In this document: in pieces, positions 1-9,492 of the stretch | How positions within the stretch are numbered: position 1 is the stretch's first letter | How the letters are laid out: every line of letters starts with the position of its first letter | Assembly (NCBI GenBank): GCA_963805625.1 | Contig: CAWDVE010000016.1 | Location: forward strand, 480,001-544,000 | DNA from: an uncultured Candidatus Rokubacteria bacterium | Lineage (GTDB): Bacteria; Methylomirabilota; Methylomirabilia; Rokubacteriales; DASRDR01 | Direction of reading: 5' to 3' | Length of the DNA stretch: 64,000 nt | Position numbers and translations under genes: made by a program | Notes under the pieces: model-generated | Databases searched by the model: none | What the model saw: only the letters and a program-made list of their open reading frames with translations | What the model was told of the DNA's origin: nothing

Positions 1-400
1 CCACGCGATCGCCATGGGCACCATGGGCGTGATCACGGGCAGGAAGTAGATGGCCTGGTACGCGGCCGTGAAGCGGAGCTTCCCGGCCAGCAGGACGGCC
101 AGCGCCAGTCCGGCCACGACGGACAAAGCCACCACGGCCACGGCGAAGAGCGTCGTGTTCCAGAGGGCCACCAGGAAGTTCTGGTCCTGGAGGAGCTCCC
201 GGTAGTTCGCCAGCCCGACCCATGGCTTCAGTGGCCTGATCAGGTGCCAGTCGTGGAACGACAGGAAGAAGGTCCGGCCGATCGGCTCGAGCCGCAGCAC
301 CCAGTAGATGGCGAACACCGGCAGGAGGCCGAGGTAGCAGAAGCGGTACTTCGCGAGCGTCAGGCGGTTCAGGCGGAGCGTGGTCGTGGCCTCGACGCGC
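1..400 (-). CDS. Carbohydrate ABC transporter permease, N-terminal part (continues beyond window)
   Basis: Manual translation: ...KYRFCYLGLLPVFAIYWVLRLEPIGRTFFLSFHDWHLIRPLKPWVGLANYRELLQDQNFLVALWNTTLF..., a typical CUT1 permease; lies downstream of an SBP. No clean in-frame ATG/GTG found, so the start is uncertain. Confidence 0.75.
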
Positions 401-462
401 GCCCCGCCGCTCTCGCCCGCGAGGGCGGCGGGGCGTCCAGCGTCACGATGGAAAGACGGGGC

Positions 463-1827
463 CTAGTCGGTGCCGTAGACTCCGGCCTTCTTCAGGAGCT
501 CGTCGCTCTGAGCGGCCATATCCTTGATGGTCTTGGCGATGCCCGCGGGGTTGTCGAGGAGCGACTTGTCGGCGTAGGCGGTGACCAGACGATCCGCCAT
601 CTTGGTCTCCAACTCGTCCCAGACCGGGAGAGCCGGCTCGGCGTAGATGGCGCGACCCTTGTCCCACTGGACGAACGGCTTGAACTGGGGCGTCTCCTTG
701 AGGAGTGGACCCCAGTCGGCGTCCTCGCGCAAGGAGAGCCACCCCGTCTGGCGGGTGAGCTGCACCGCCATCGCCGGGCTCACCAGGAACTGGGCGAAGT
801 CCCAGGCCGCCTCCGCGTTCTTGCCCTTGCTGACGTAGATGCTGTACGGCTGGGTCATCCCACCCCAGCGCTTGGCGCGCGGGACCGCAACCGTGTTGTA
901 CTCGACCTTTGGCCCCTTTTCCTTCAGCTCGCCGATGACATACGCCTCCCGCATCAGCATGGCCGCCTGCTCGCTCACGAAGGCGGACGAGTCGTGAGGG
1001 AGCTTCTGGTCGTCCACCCGGTACTTGTGGACGGCGTCGACGTAGAACTTGAGCGCGGCCCGCCCGGCATCGTTGTCATAGTTGTTGTGCCACTTGCCGG
1101 ACTTCGTCTGGACGATCGGGTCCCCACCCATCGCGTAGAGGACGTACCAGAACTTCTCGGCGACCCCCGAGCCCTGGCCCGAGAGGCGAAGGCTAATGCC
1201 GGCTCGGGTGGGGTTTCCGGCGGCGTCCTTCTTCGTGAGCTTCTGGGCGGTGGCCAGCAGCTCGTCGAAGGTCTGAGGCGGCTTGCTGGGGTCGAGCCCG
1301 GCTTCCTTGAACATCTTCGTGTTGTAGAAGAGCGCCGGCTTCGAGCCCTCCATGAGGGGGAGCCCGTACACCTGTCCCTTCCACGTGTTGTACTCGATGA
1401 CGACCGGGTGGAAGGCCTTGCTCTTCAGGAGCGCCATGACCTTGGGTGGGTTCGGCGGGAGAAGGTTCGCGTCGGAGAGGCTGATCGAGATGTTGCGCGC
1501 GACGTCGAAGATGTCGGGACCCGTGTCGGTCGGGATCGACGCCGTGATCTTCTGCTCCATCTCACGGAGTTGGGTCGACAGGGTCTCGAGCTTGAAGCCG
1601 GGGTTCTTCTTCGCGTACTCCTGGCCGGCCACCTTGTAGAAGGCCTCGATGTCGGGGAACCCGGACCAGATGGTGAGGGTCACCGGCGCGGCGACGCTGA
1701 TGTGGGGGCGGAGCGCCGTCACCCCGGCCGCCGCGGCCAGCCCGACCCCGGTGCGCTGCAGGAAGGTTCGTCGGGAGATGCCCGAGGTGGTTCGCTTGGG
1801 TTTGGTCGACCCGGTGTGCTGTTTCAA
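463..1827 (-). CDS. Tat-exported sugar-type ABC extracellular solute-binding protein
   Basis: ISRRTFLQ twin-arginine signal; SBP family 1 motifs (GPDIF, LFYNTKMFKEAGLD, PQTFDEL); GGAGGA RBS upstream of TTG. Confidence 0.9.
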   Translation of the reverse strand: MKQHTGSTKPKRTTSGISRRTFLQRTGVGLAAAAGVTALRPHISVAAPVTLTIWSGFPDIEAFYKVAGQEYAKKNPGFKLETLSTQLREMEQKITASIPTDTGPDIFDVARNISISLSDANLLPPNPPKVMALLKSKAFHPVVIEYNTWKGQVYGLPLMEGSKPALFYNTKMFKEAGLDPSKPPQTFDELLATAQKLTKKDAAGNPTRAGISLRLSGQGSGVAEKFWYVLYAMGGDPIVQTKSGKWHNNYDNDAGRAALKFYVDAVHKYRVDDQKLPHDSSAFVSEQAAMLMREAYVIGELKEKGPKVEYNTVAVPRAKRWGGMTQPYSIYVSKGKNAEAAWDFAQFLVSPAMAVQLTRQTGWLSLREDADWGPLLKETPQFKPFVQWDKGRAIYAEPALPVWDELETKMADRLVTAYADKSLLDNPAGIAKTIKDMAAQSDELLKKAGVYGTD

Positions 1828-1977
1828 AGCTCATTCCTCCCGACTGGTCGCGTTGTGGACACACGTCCCGTCCGCCCGCCCGGACGACGCCGGTGTCCGC
1901 GACCGTAGGTCTCGCTCCGGAGGGAGGAGGACGCATCAGGGACTCTAGTCGATGCCGGACGGCCCGTCAATGAGCCC

Positions 1978-2060
1978 CGGCATCAACGACTACTTCGACG
2001 GGCTCATGAGCGATCTGCGCCTTAATGACCGGCCGCTGGGAGCGGAAATCGCGGCCTGGC
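1978..2060 (+). pseudogene. Remnant resembling the C-terminal strands of a LamG/concanavalin-like domain
   Basis: GINDYFDGLMSDLRLNDRPLGAEIAAW resembles the FxGx(I/L)xx(V/L)RLYDRAL C-terminal motif also present in the 3326-4999 protein. Very short. Confidence 0.35.
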
Positions 2061-2131
2061 GATGCGATTGGCAGAACCTACGATCCTGGTTGGGGAGCTG
2101 GATCAGGCCGCCGCCAATGCGCTCGGGCTCG

Positions 2132-3226
2132 CTACTTGGACGCGAGCCGCTTGATCTCCCGCTCCATCAACTCGGCATCGAGTGGCAACTCGACGGTCCT
2201 CCCCAGGAGGCCGGACAGGAGCATCGCGTTGCCGATCTCCAGCGACCGGATCGCCTCCGCCGCCGGGGCCAGAATCGGCCTGCCATCGAGAATGGCGTCC
2301 CGGAAGTTCTCGAGAATGACGATGTGGCTCTCGGGGCCTTCGCCGTCGCCCGCCACGGGCACATCGATCTCCTGGCACGGCGGCCGGGCGAAGCGCTCCT
2401 TCGTGGTCCGGCTGAACTCCGAGGTCGGCACCTCGTTCCTGAAAAACTTGAGCTTGCCGCTCTCGGTATCCAGCTCCAGCTTCCCCTTGTCGCCGGCGAT
2501 CTCCACCCGGCTGGTGCCCGGCGCCTCGCCAGTCGTCACGGCGAACAGCCCGGTGGCGCCACTCGGATACTCGAGCACGGCGCTGACGTCGTCCTCCACC
2601 TCGATAGGATGGTACTTGCCGAGACCGATCTTCGCGGTGACTCGCGCGGGGAGCCCCGCGAACCACTGAAGGAGATCCAGGTCGTGAGGGGCTTGGTTGA
2701 TCAGAACTCCCCCGCCTTCGCCGGCCCAGGTCGCCCGCCACCCGCCGCTCGCATAGTAGGCGTGCGGGCGGAACAGGCCGGTGGCGAGCCAGATCACGCG
2801 GCGTATCTCCCCGAGTTCCCCTGTCTCGATCATGGATCGGATCTTGACGTTCACGGGGCGTGTTCGCTCGTTGAAGATGACGCCGAAGCGGCGAGTCTTG
2901 TCTACGTGCGCGGCGAGCACGCGGCGGCCATCGGCCACGTGCACGGCCAGAGGCTTGTCGGTCAGTACGTGCAGCCCCCGCTTGAGGGCGTCGATGGCCA
3001 CCTCGGGGTGGCTCCAGTGAGGCGTCGCGATGACAACCGCCTCCACACGGCCCGAGGCGATCATGGCGCGGTGGTCCGAGAACTTCTCTCCCGGCAGGTC
3101 CTGTATCTTGGCGAGGGTCCGATTGCAGACGGCCGCCAGCTCCAGCCCGTCGATAGACTGTATCGCGTCGGCATACACGCGGCCCATGGAACCGACACCG
3201 ACGACGCCAACTCTCACGCTCTTCAA
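2132..3226 (-). CDS. Gfo/Idh/MocA family oxidoreductase
   Basis: GVVGVGSMG Rossmann motif; ATPHWSH, VLTDKPLA, GGGVLINQAPHDLD. Confidence 0.92.
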   Translation of the reverse strand: MKSVRVGVVGVGSMGRVYADAIQSIDGLELAAVCNRTLAKIQDLPGEKFSDHRAMIASGRVEAVVIATPHWSHPEVAIDALKRGLHVLTDKPLAVHVADGRRVLAAHVDKTRRFGVIFNERTRPVNVKIRSMIETGELGEIRRVIWLATGLFRPHAYYASGGWRATWAGEGGGVLINQAPHDLDLLQWFAGLPARVTAKIGLGKYHPIEVEDDVSAVLEYPSGATGLFAVTTGEAPGTSRVEIAGDKGKLELDTESGKLKFFRNEVPTSEFSRTTKERFARPPCQEIDVPVAGDGEGPESHIVILENFRDAILDGRPILAPAAEAIRSLEIGNAMLLSGLLGRTVELPLDAELMEREIKRLASK

Positions 3227-3325
3227 CTCGGCTCTCCTTTCGGGTCCTTCACTTCGGCGGGTCCTCGCCTCGCCTTCTTCGAACGGGAGGAAAGCACGGC
3301 GAGAGCCCAGTGTCGCACGCCTGCA

Positions 3326-4999
3326 TCAGGCCACACCCCGGCGCGCAGTCAGCGCGGCGATCTCGCCGGCCGCGAGTGCCCGATCGTAGAGCCGGACCCC
3401 CGCCAGCTCGCCGTCGAGGCCGGTCTGCGGGCCGCCACCCAGCCACAGCGTCGGACCACTGCCGAGATCGAGCGGCACGGCCGGGTCGTCATCGGCCCGC
3501 GAGGCAACCCGATGCCCGTCGACGTACAGGGCGATCGTGCCCCGCTCACGGACGGCAGCGACGTGTCGCCAACCGACCTCGAGCGCCCGATCGTGCGAGA
3601 CGGCAAGGCCGGCCTGCATCGAGTAGACATTCGCGCCCGGCAGCGTGCCGCAGAACAGCTCGCCACGGTAGACGCCCATGGCATGCGCCCGGCGATAGAG
3701 GACGTCGGGCGTCGTGTCCAGCGTCCGGAGCGCCGACCACTCCCGGTCCCGGTCGCGGCGGTAGACCTGCGCATGCGGCAGCGTGCCCGCGTAGAGCATC
3801 CCGTTGAAGGATGCGAGCGCCATCACCTCGGTCTCGCTCCCGAGCCGGCCGGTGCTCTCCCAGCGACCGGATGAACCGAGCCGAAAAACGAGCCCGCTCG
3901 GCCACGTGCTGATGTACATCTGGCCGCCGTGGGTCACGATCGAATAGAGCTGGGTCGTGTCGGGTTGGAGGCCGCAGCTCGTCCAGCGCTCGCCGCCGTC
4001 GTAACGGAAGACGCCGCCGCCGCCCTCGCTCGACTCGGCGGCCACGACCACTCCCGCTCGCGTCTGCTCGATCGCCGACTCGACGTGCACGTGGTCGTTG
4101 CCGGCCCCGTACAGCGCGCCATCGTGGACGCCCAGCGCGAGCAGGCGCCGGCCCGGCGTCCCGCACCAGGTCCACCTCCCCGGAGCGTCCATGCGGAAGA
4201 GCCCCTGCGAGTAGAGCGGTGTCGCGTAGAGCGTTCCATCGAAGGGCACGAGCCCGGCCACGGAATCGGCTCCCTCGAGCTGCCCGCAGTCGCTCCACTC
4301 GGTCCCGCCCTCGTACCGCAGGATCCGGCCGCCGGGGTTCAGGTTGAGCGAATCGGGACGGCCCGAGCCGCCACCCTTCACCCGCGACACGCCCGCATAG
4401 AGGTGGCCCTCGTGGACCGCGAGGCGCGTCACCGCGTTGGCGTCCCAGGGCGTTCCGCAGTCGATCCACTTCCGATCCTCGAGCCGATAGACGTGGCCGA
4501 GCGGCGACGATGACTCCTCCCACGTCGCCGTGTACAGGTGGCCGTCGTGGACGACCAGGGCGTAGATCATCACCGCGGCCTCGGCCGGCGAGCCGTAGTC
4601 GGTCCAGCGCGGCTCGCGGCCAGCATCGAGCCCGAAGAACAGGTTGCGATCGTTGCAGTGGCTGCCGCAGATCGCCTCGTGGCGGAAGCCGAGCGTGAAC
4701 CCCCGCCGCATGGTCGGATCGAAGAATGCCGCCAGATCGCCGAGCGGCGACGTCGGTCGGGCGTTGGCGTTCACCCAGAGCGCGAGGCTGAAATCGGTCA
4801 TCCCGAGCTCGCGGACCCCAGGGACCTCGAGATGGCCCTTCCCCCGCTCGATCCGGGCCACTGATGCCGTCATCGTCGGGTCGGTCGACCGACCGAACGC
4901 CACGCGCCCATGCGGGACCGCGTGCCGACTTCCGCCGGATCCGTCACGGCCGTCGACCGACAGGTCCCACGATCCAATCAGGTGGTTCTCGGATGACAT
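3326..4999 (-). CDS. LamG-like jellyroll protein with an inserted beta-propeller
   Basis: FSLALWVN ... WRHVAAVR-YVDG-LDGELAGVRLYDRAL flank repeated (L/V)xVHDGxLY / WxxCG propeller blades. Start moved to ATG 4999 (MSSENHLIG). Confidence 0.75.
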   Translation of the reverse strand: MSSENHLIGSWDLSVDGRDGSGGSRHAVPHGRVAFGRSTDPTMTASVARIERGKGHLEVPGVRELGMTDFSLALWVNANARPTSPLGDLAAFFDPTMRRGFTLGFRHEAICGSHCNDRNLFFGLDAGREPRWTDYGSPAEAAVMIYALVVHDGHLYTATWEESSSPLGHVYRLEDRKWIDCGTPWDANAVTRLAVHEGHLYAGVSRVKGGGSGRPDSLNLNPGGRILRYEGGTEWSDCGQLEGADSVAGLVPFDGTLYATPLYSQGLFRMDAPGRWTWCGTPGRRLLALGVHDGALYGAGNDHVHVESAIEQTRAGVVVAAESSEGGGGVFRYDGGERWTSCGLQPDTTQLYSIVTHGGQMYISTWPSGLVFRLGSSGRWESTGRLGSETEVMALASFNGMLYAGTLPHAQVYRRDRDREWSALRTLDTTPDVLYRRAHAMGVYRGELFCGTLPGANVYSMQAGLAVSHDRALEVGWRHVAAVRERGTIALYVDGHRVASRADDDPAVPLDLGSGPTLWLGGGPQTGLDGELAGVRLYDRALAAGEIAALTARRGVA

Positions 5000-5019
5000 G
5001 GTCGGCCAGCTCCCTCGTC

Positions 5020-5240
5020 TGTCGGAGGTCCTTGACACGGGGCTTGTCGCGGCCCATGACGGCGACGTTGGCTTCGGTCGCCGCGGGGGCTGTTCGAGCT
5101 GCGCGAGATCGACGGGTCGATGCCTCGCCTGACCAGTTCGGCGATCGCCTCGAGCAGCATCGCGTTCATCCCGAAGGCGTTCACGAACGTCGACCGGCCC
5201 GACCTTCTCGCCGACCCGGGCGAGAAGCTCGGCGTCCAAA
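5020..5240 (-). pseudogene. Frameshifted C-terminal remnant of an SIS (sugar isomerase) domain protein
   Basis: Joining frames gives DAELLARVGEKVGPV/STFVNAFGMNAMLLEAIAELVRRGIDPSISRSSNSP.GD/EANVAVMGRDKPRVKDL, matching by eye the C-terminus of UPF0309-like SIS proteins. Confidence 0.5.
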
Positions 5241-5498
5241 GCCTGTTCCCTGCTCCCTCCCCGGCCCCATCGTCAGCCAGCACCGCATTCCGGGGTCGCC
5301 GGACTCTAGCGCGCGGCAGGCCGGCTCGGCAAGGGTCAGCGCGAGCTGTGCCCGCGCCGTCGCTCCCGCGCGAGGCCCGTCTCGCGTGTGGGCTACGGGC
5401 CGGTGCTAGAATGGCGCTCGCCGTCATTTCCACGACGCTGGCCATCACGTTGGTCATCATGCCGGCTGCGTGCTGGCTGACCGCGGGAGGAACCCAGG

Positions 5499-6317
5499 AT
5501 GCTGTTGCGCAACAAGGTCGCGGTCGTTACCGGATCTGGCCGGGGCATCGGCCGGGGCATCGCCACGCGCTTCGCCCTCGAGGGTGCCCGGGTCGTCGTC
5601 AACGACCGCGACGACGACGTCGCCGCGCGGACGGCGAAGGAGATCCGGGAGGCGGGAGGAACCTGCCTCGAGGTGGCCGCCGACGTCAGCGTGGAATCGG
5701 AGGTGGCGCGTCTGTTCGACGAGACGCTGCGGGCCTTCGGCACGCTCGACGTTCTCGTCAACAACGCCCAGATGTTCGTCAACAAGGGTGAGAGCGGCGC
5801 CTTCCTCACCATGACCAGCGCCGGCTGGGACGCCTACGTGCGCGCCAACATGGGCATCCTGTTCTACTGCACGCACCAGGCGGCGCGGATCATGGCGCGG
5901 CGGGGCGTGCGCGGCAACATCATCAACATCAGCAGCAACGGCGCCAACCGCGTCCACCGGAACCTGATCGCGTACGACTCGGTGAAGGGGGCCATCGACA
6001 CGTTCACGCGCGCGGTGGCCGTCGACCTGGCCCCGTGGGGCATTCGTTGCAACGCGCTCCGTCCGGGGATGATCGCGGTCGACTACTGGGAGGGCCTCTC
6101 GCCCGACGAGAAGGCGCGGCGGATCGAGACCATCCCTATCGGCCGGGAGGGCCGCCCGACCGACATCGCCTGGGCCGCCGTCTTCCTGGCAGCCGACGAC
6201 GCCGGATTCGTCACCGGTCAGAACTTCGAGATCGACGGCGGCATGTTGGCACCAGGGCGCTCGGCGCAAGCCGAACTGGGCCAGGTCAACACCCCGGAGA
6301 GCATCGGCGACTTCTGA
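5499..6317 (+). CDS. SDR family NAD(P)-dependent oxidoreductase
   Basis: TGSGRGIG, VNNA, YDSVK catalytic YxxxK, VTGQNFEIDGG. Confidence 0.93.
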   Translation: MLLRNKVAVVTGSGRGIGRGIATRFALEGARVVVNDRDDDVAARTAKEIREAGGTCLEVAADVSVESEVARLFDETLRAFGTLDVLVNNAQMFVNKGESGAFLTMTSAGWDAYVRANMGILFYCTHQAARIMARRGVRGNIINISSNGANRVHRNLIAYDSVKGAIDTFTRAVAVDLAPWGIRCNALRPGMIAVDYWEGLSPDEKARRIETIPIGREGRPTDIAWAAVFLAADDAGFVTGQNFEIDGGMLAPGRSAQAELGQVNTPESIGDF

Positions 6318-6374
6318 CGACCTCCGGCTGCCGAATCGCCGAGGACCAGCGGTTGGCCGGGGAGGGAGCGGCGC

Positions 6375-7283
6375 GTGTTGACGCGAGCTGACCTGGAAGC
6401 GGTGATGCCCCTCGCGGCGAAGTTGCCCGATTCGGTCATCGACGCCCTCGATGCCGCGATGCGTCGCTTCGAGATCAACACGCCGTCGCGGATGGCTGCC
6501 TTCGCGGCCCAGCTCGCTCACGAGTCCAGACAGCTCCAGCGGTGGACCGAGAACCTGAACTATCGCTGGGAGCGTCTGCGCCAGGTCTTTCCGAAGTACT
6601 TCACGTCGGACGCGCAGGCGCAGGCATTCGATCGGAAGCCCGAGCGCATCGCGAACCGCGTGTACGCCAGTCGTCTGGGGAACGGACCGGAAGCCAGCGG
6701 CGACGGCTGGCGCTACCGCGGACGCGGGCCGATCCAGCTCACGGGCAGGGACAACTATCGCGCGTGCGGGTCGGCCATCGGCGTGGATCTCGTCGAGGAC
6801 CCCGATCTCTTGGCGACGCCGGGCCCAGGGTGCCTGGCGGCTGCGTGGTTCTGGGCCCGGAACGGTCTCAATGCGCTGGCGGACGCCGGGGACTTCGTGA
6901 CGATCACGCGGCGGATCAACGGCGGCCTGAACGGCCTCGCCGAGAGGCGGGCGTTCTGGGAGCAGGCCAAAATGGCCTTCGGGGTTCCCGTAGCCGTTCC
7001 AGCCGAGGTTGGTGCCCGGCAGGCAGCGAAAGCCGCTGCGAGACCGCGACGGAAGGTCCGCAGGGCACCCAAGCGTCGGCGGCGACCCGCTCGTTCCAAG
7101 GGCTCGCCGGTGCCCCGCCGGTCGCGGTCTGGCGGCGCGACGAGAGCCCCGCGAACCCGGCGCAAGGCCGCAGCCCGCCCGCGCCGTCCGGCGAAGAAGC
7201 CCTTGCGGCCTACCGGAGGCAAGGGGGCGAGCCGTCGCCGCCGGCGAGTCGCGTCGAAGCGTCCGCGCCGCCGGCGCTCCTGA
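6375..7283 (+). CDS. Glycoside hydrolase family 19 (endolysin/chitinase-like) with a long Arg/Lys-rich C-terminal tail
   Basis: AQLAHES, ENLNY, YRGRGPIQLTGRDNY, TRRINGGLNGL motifs; ~85-aa polybasic tail; GGAGGGAG RBS. Confidence 0.88.
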   Translation: MLTRADLEAVMPLAAKLPDSVIDALDAAMRRFEINTPSRMAAFAAQLAHESRQLQRWTENLNYRWERLRQVFPKYFTSDAQAQAFDRKPERIANRVYASRLGNGPEASGDGWRYRGRGPIQLTGRDNYRACGSAIGVDLVEDPDLLATPGPGCLAAAWFWARNGLNALADAGDFVTITRRINGGLNGLAERRAFWEQAKMAFGVPVAVPAEVGARQAAKAAARPRRKVRRAPKRRRRPARSKGSPVPRRSRSGGATRAPRTRRKAAARPRRPAKKPLRPTGGKGASRRRRRVASKRPRRRRS

Positions 7284-7381
7284 CCCGCCTCAGTGGCGTT
7301 CGAGGTCCGCGCTCCTGTCTACGGGTCGAGTGGATGCGCGGCCAGCGTCTCGTCCGCGTCAACGGTGTTTTGACCGGTCAC

Positions 7382-8892
7382 CTAGAAGCCTCTGACCGAC
7401 TGGATGCGGACGGGCAGCTTGCCGGGCGACGACAGGCCGAGGATGCGCGCGAGCGTCTGCTCGATGCCTTCGATCCAGTTATCGAAGCAGCCGTGCACCG
7501 ACCGGATGCTGAACGCCGGGAGCTCCTCGACCACGCGTTCCTCCTCCAGCGCCTCGGCGTCGTCCGAGAGCTTCAGCCAGGACTTTCGCCAGAAGGCGAC
7601 GTCAGGGTTCGGCCTGCCGGGGACCGGCGCCGCGAACACGCCTTCCTTGTCGAGCTTGGGCTCCCAGGTCGCTTCCATGCCGAGGATCGGCGTCTTGTGG
7701 GACGGCTCGAGCGCGCGCGAGACGAGCGCGAGACGAGGTAGAGGAGCGACTTGCCGTACGGTCCCACGGTATCGTTCAGCTCGTTCGAGTTCGACAGGAC
7801 GTCGCAGACGACGTGCTTGGGGTCGATGATCTTTTCCTCGGCCGCCGGCAGGTAGCTGCTGTTCGCGAACGCCACGGTACAGGCGGGGGCATACAGGGAC
7901 ACCGCGCGGGCCGTGAGCCGATTGCGGGCCAGCTGACCGAGGAAGGCGCCGAGCAGGATCGCGCCGGCGGAGTGCCCCACCAGGTGGATCTCGAGATTCG
8001 AGTAGTCCTCGCCGAGCCTGGCGAGACATCTCGCCAGCGCCACCATTGCACCGTCACCTGATGAGGCCGCGACGGCGTTCTGCTTCATCTGGCTCCAGAT
8101 GGGGCGCGCCGGCACGATTGCGGCCGCCTCGATCAGGTAGTCGCGAGCTTCCGAGACCGTGTCGACCAGCGACCGCGTCTTCCGGTCCTGCGCCCCGCTG
8201 ATCAGGCTGCCGATGAAGTCTTCGATGATGTTCTCGATCGTGTCCGCGACTCCCGATTGCCAGGCGATGAACACGGGGTGGATGCCGTTCTGCTCGAACC
8301 ACGGTCCCATCACCTGGGCGCGATCGAGACTGGCGGTGAGATCGTTCAAGCCACCGTGCGCGTAGACGGCGATGCGGCGTCCGCCGTTCCTGGGGCTCTT
8401 GAGCCAGACACGCGCGCTCGACGGCGGCGGCCGCGTCGGCATCCTCGATCGTGACGTGATCCGGAAGTCCTTCGTTGCCGAGGATCACCGTGTGATTGAC
8501 CGCGGTCTCCGTATTCCACGCGTTTGGCCGGGACGGCTCGGCGACCACATCCGCGGTCGCTCCGTTGGCCAGCCCCGCGCCGAGATGGGCGTCCGAGGCT
8601 GAAAGGGTCCGCAGGCTCGTCAGCATGATCGCGGGCGCACGCGCGGCGATGGGAGCGCCCATGACCGCGACCCAGGCGTCGTCACCGTTCGTCAGCCAGT
8701 CGTCGTACGTGACCCGGGCGAAGCCGTGAAAGCCCCAGTCCTCGCCCCACGAGTCTTGCACGATGAAGCCGCTCGCGTCGTAGCCGACGAGTGCGAAGGC
8801 GTGGCGCCACCGACAGGGGCCGTGCCGGATTTCCAGGGAATCGTCGGGATCGCTGACGTGGTGTTCACAATGGAATCCCAGCCCCTGTGCAC
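7382..8892 (-). pseudogene. Degraded papain-like (C1) peptidase + alpha/beta-hydrolase-fold fusion gene
   Basis: GGHAFALVGYD..GFIVQDSWGEDWG (C1 His/Asn region, Asn changed to Asp), then YAHGGLN and HLVGHSAGA nucleophile elbow; frameshifts near 8805, 8410 and 7730 (tandem duplication CTCGTCTCGCG). Confidence 0.8.
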
Positions 8893-9060
8893 ATCAACTA
8901 CCTGCTCTTCCGGCAGTTCGTCTTCGGCAAGACGCCGCCGTCACCGACGGTGAGCATGCGCATGATCTACCATCTCGCCCGCAAGCACGACGAGTGGCCC
9001 GGCGAGGACTACGAGGGATCGAGCTGCCGCGGTGCCATGAAGGGCTGGTTCCACCACGGC
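8887..9060 (+). pseudogene. Inverted N-terminal fragment of a C1 peptidase gene
   Basis: INYLLFRQ...VSMRMIYHLARKHDEWPGEDYEGSSCRGAMKGWFHHG is the segment that follows the catalytic Cys in bacterial C1 peptidases; it sits on the opposite strand, back-to-back with the rest of the gene. Confidence 0.7.
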
Positions 9061-9303
9061 GAAGCGGCCCGGGCCCGGGCTGCCGACAACCGGTGGAAGC
9101 TCCACGAGTCGAGGCCGTGGCTCCTCGACGATCTGGAGGCGCAGGCGCGCCTCATGGGGCCGGGCTTCGAGCCGTACGGTCTCGGCGAGAAGAACCGCCG
9201 CATGGTCGCCCGATTCTGCGAGGAGCAGCACGCGCAAGGATTGATCCCGCGCCCGCTCGACCCCGACACCGTCTTTGGTGAGTTCGAGGCCCTCGCCGGC
9301 TGA
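9061..9303 (+). pseudogene. C-terminal fragment of a 4,5-dihydroxyphthalate decarboxylase-like / SBP-fold protein
   Basis: PWLLDDLEAQARLMGPGFEPYGLGEKNRRMVARFCEEQHAQGLIPRPLDPDTVF matches the family C-terminus (PW..E....lG.D.wPYGl..NR..l........EQGL..r.l....lF); fused in frame to the C1 fragment. Confidence 0.6.
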
Positions 9304-9492
9304 GCGGCGCCGGGCGACCAGCGACGGTGCGGCGCGTCCCCGGTCGCTCTAGGAAGGTCGCCCCGTCCTTGACCTCTCCCCGTCGTGGGGGCTAGCCTTG
9401 GCGCACCCGAAGGCAGCAGCCTGGTGAGCCTCTGCAGGCGAGGCGGCACCCCGGGCGTGTCCCTGGACGTCACCGTCGGAAGGAGATCGCTC

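Noticed and set aside
244-3874. Long + strand ORFs 244-1908 and 1952-3874, and similar long antisense ORFs (10311-12578, 34362-35936, 42390-44057, 59345-61327)
   Set aside because: Shadow frames opposite well-supported genes, expected at high GC; no recognisable motifs.
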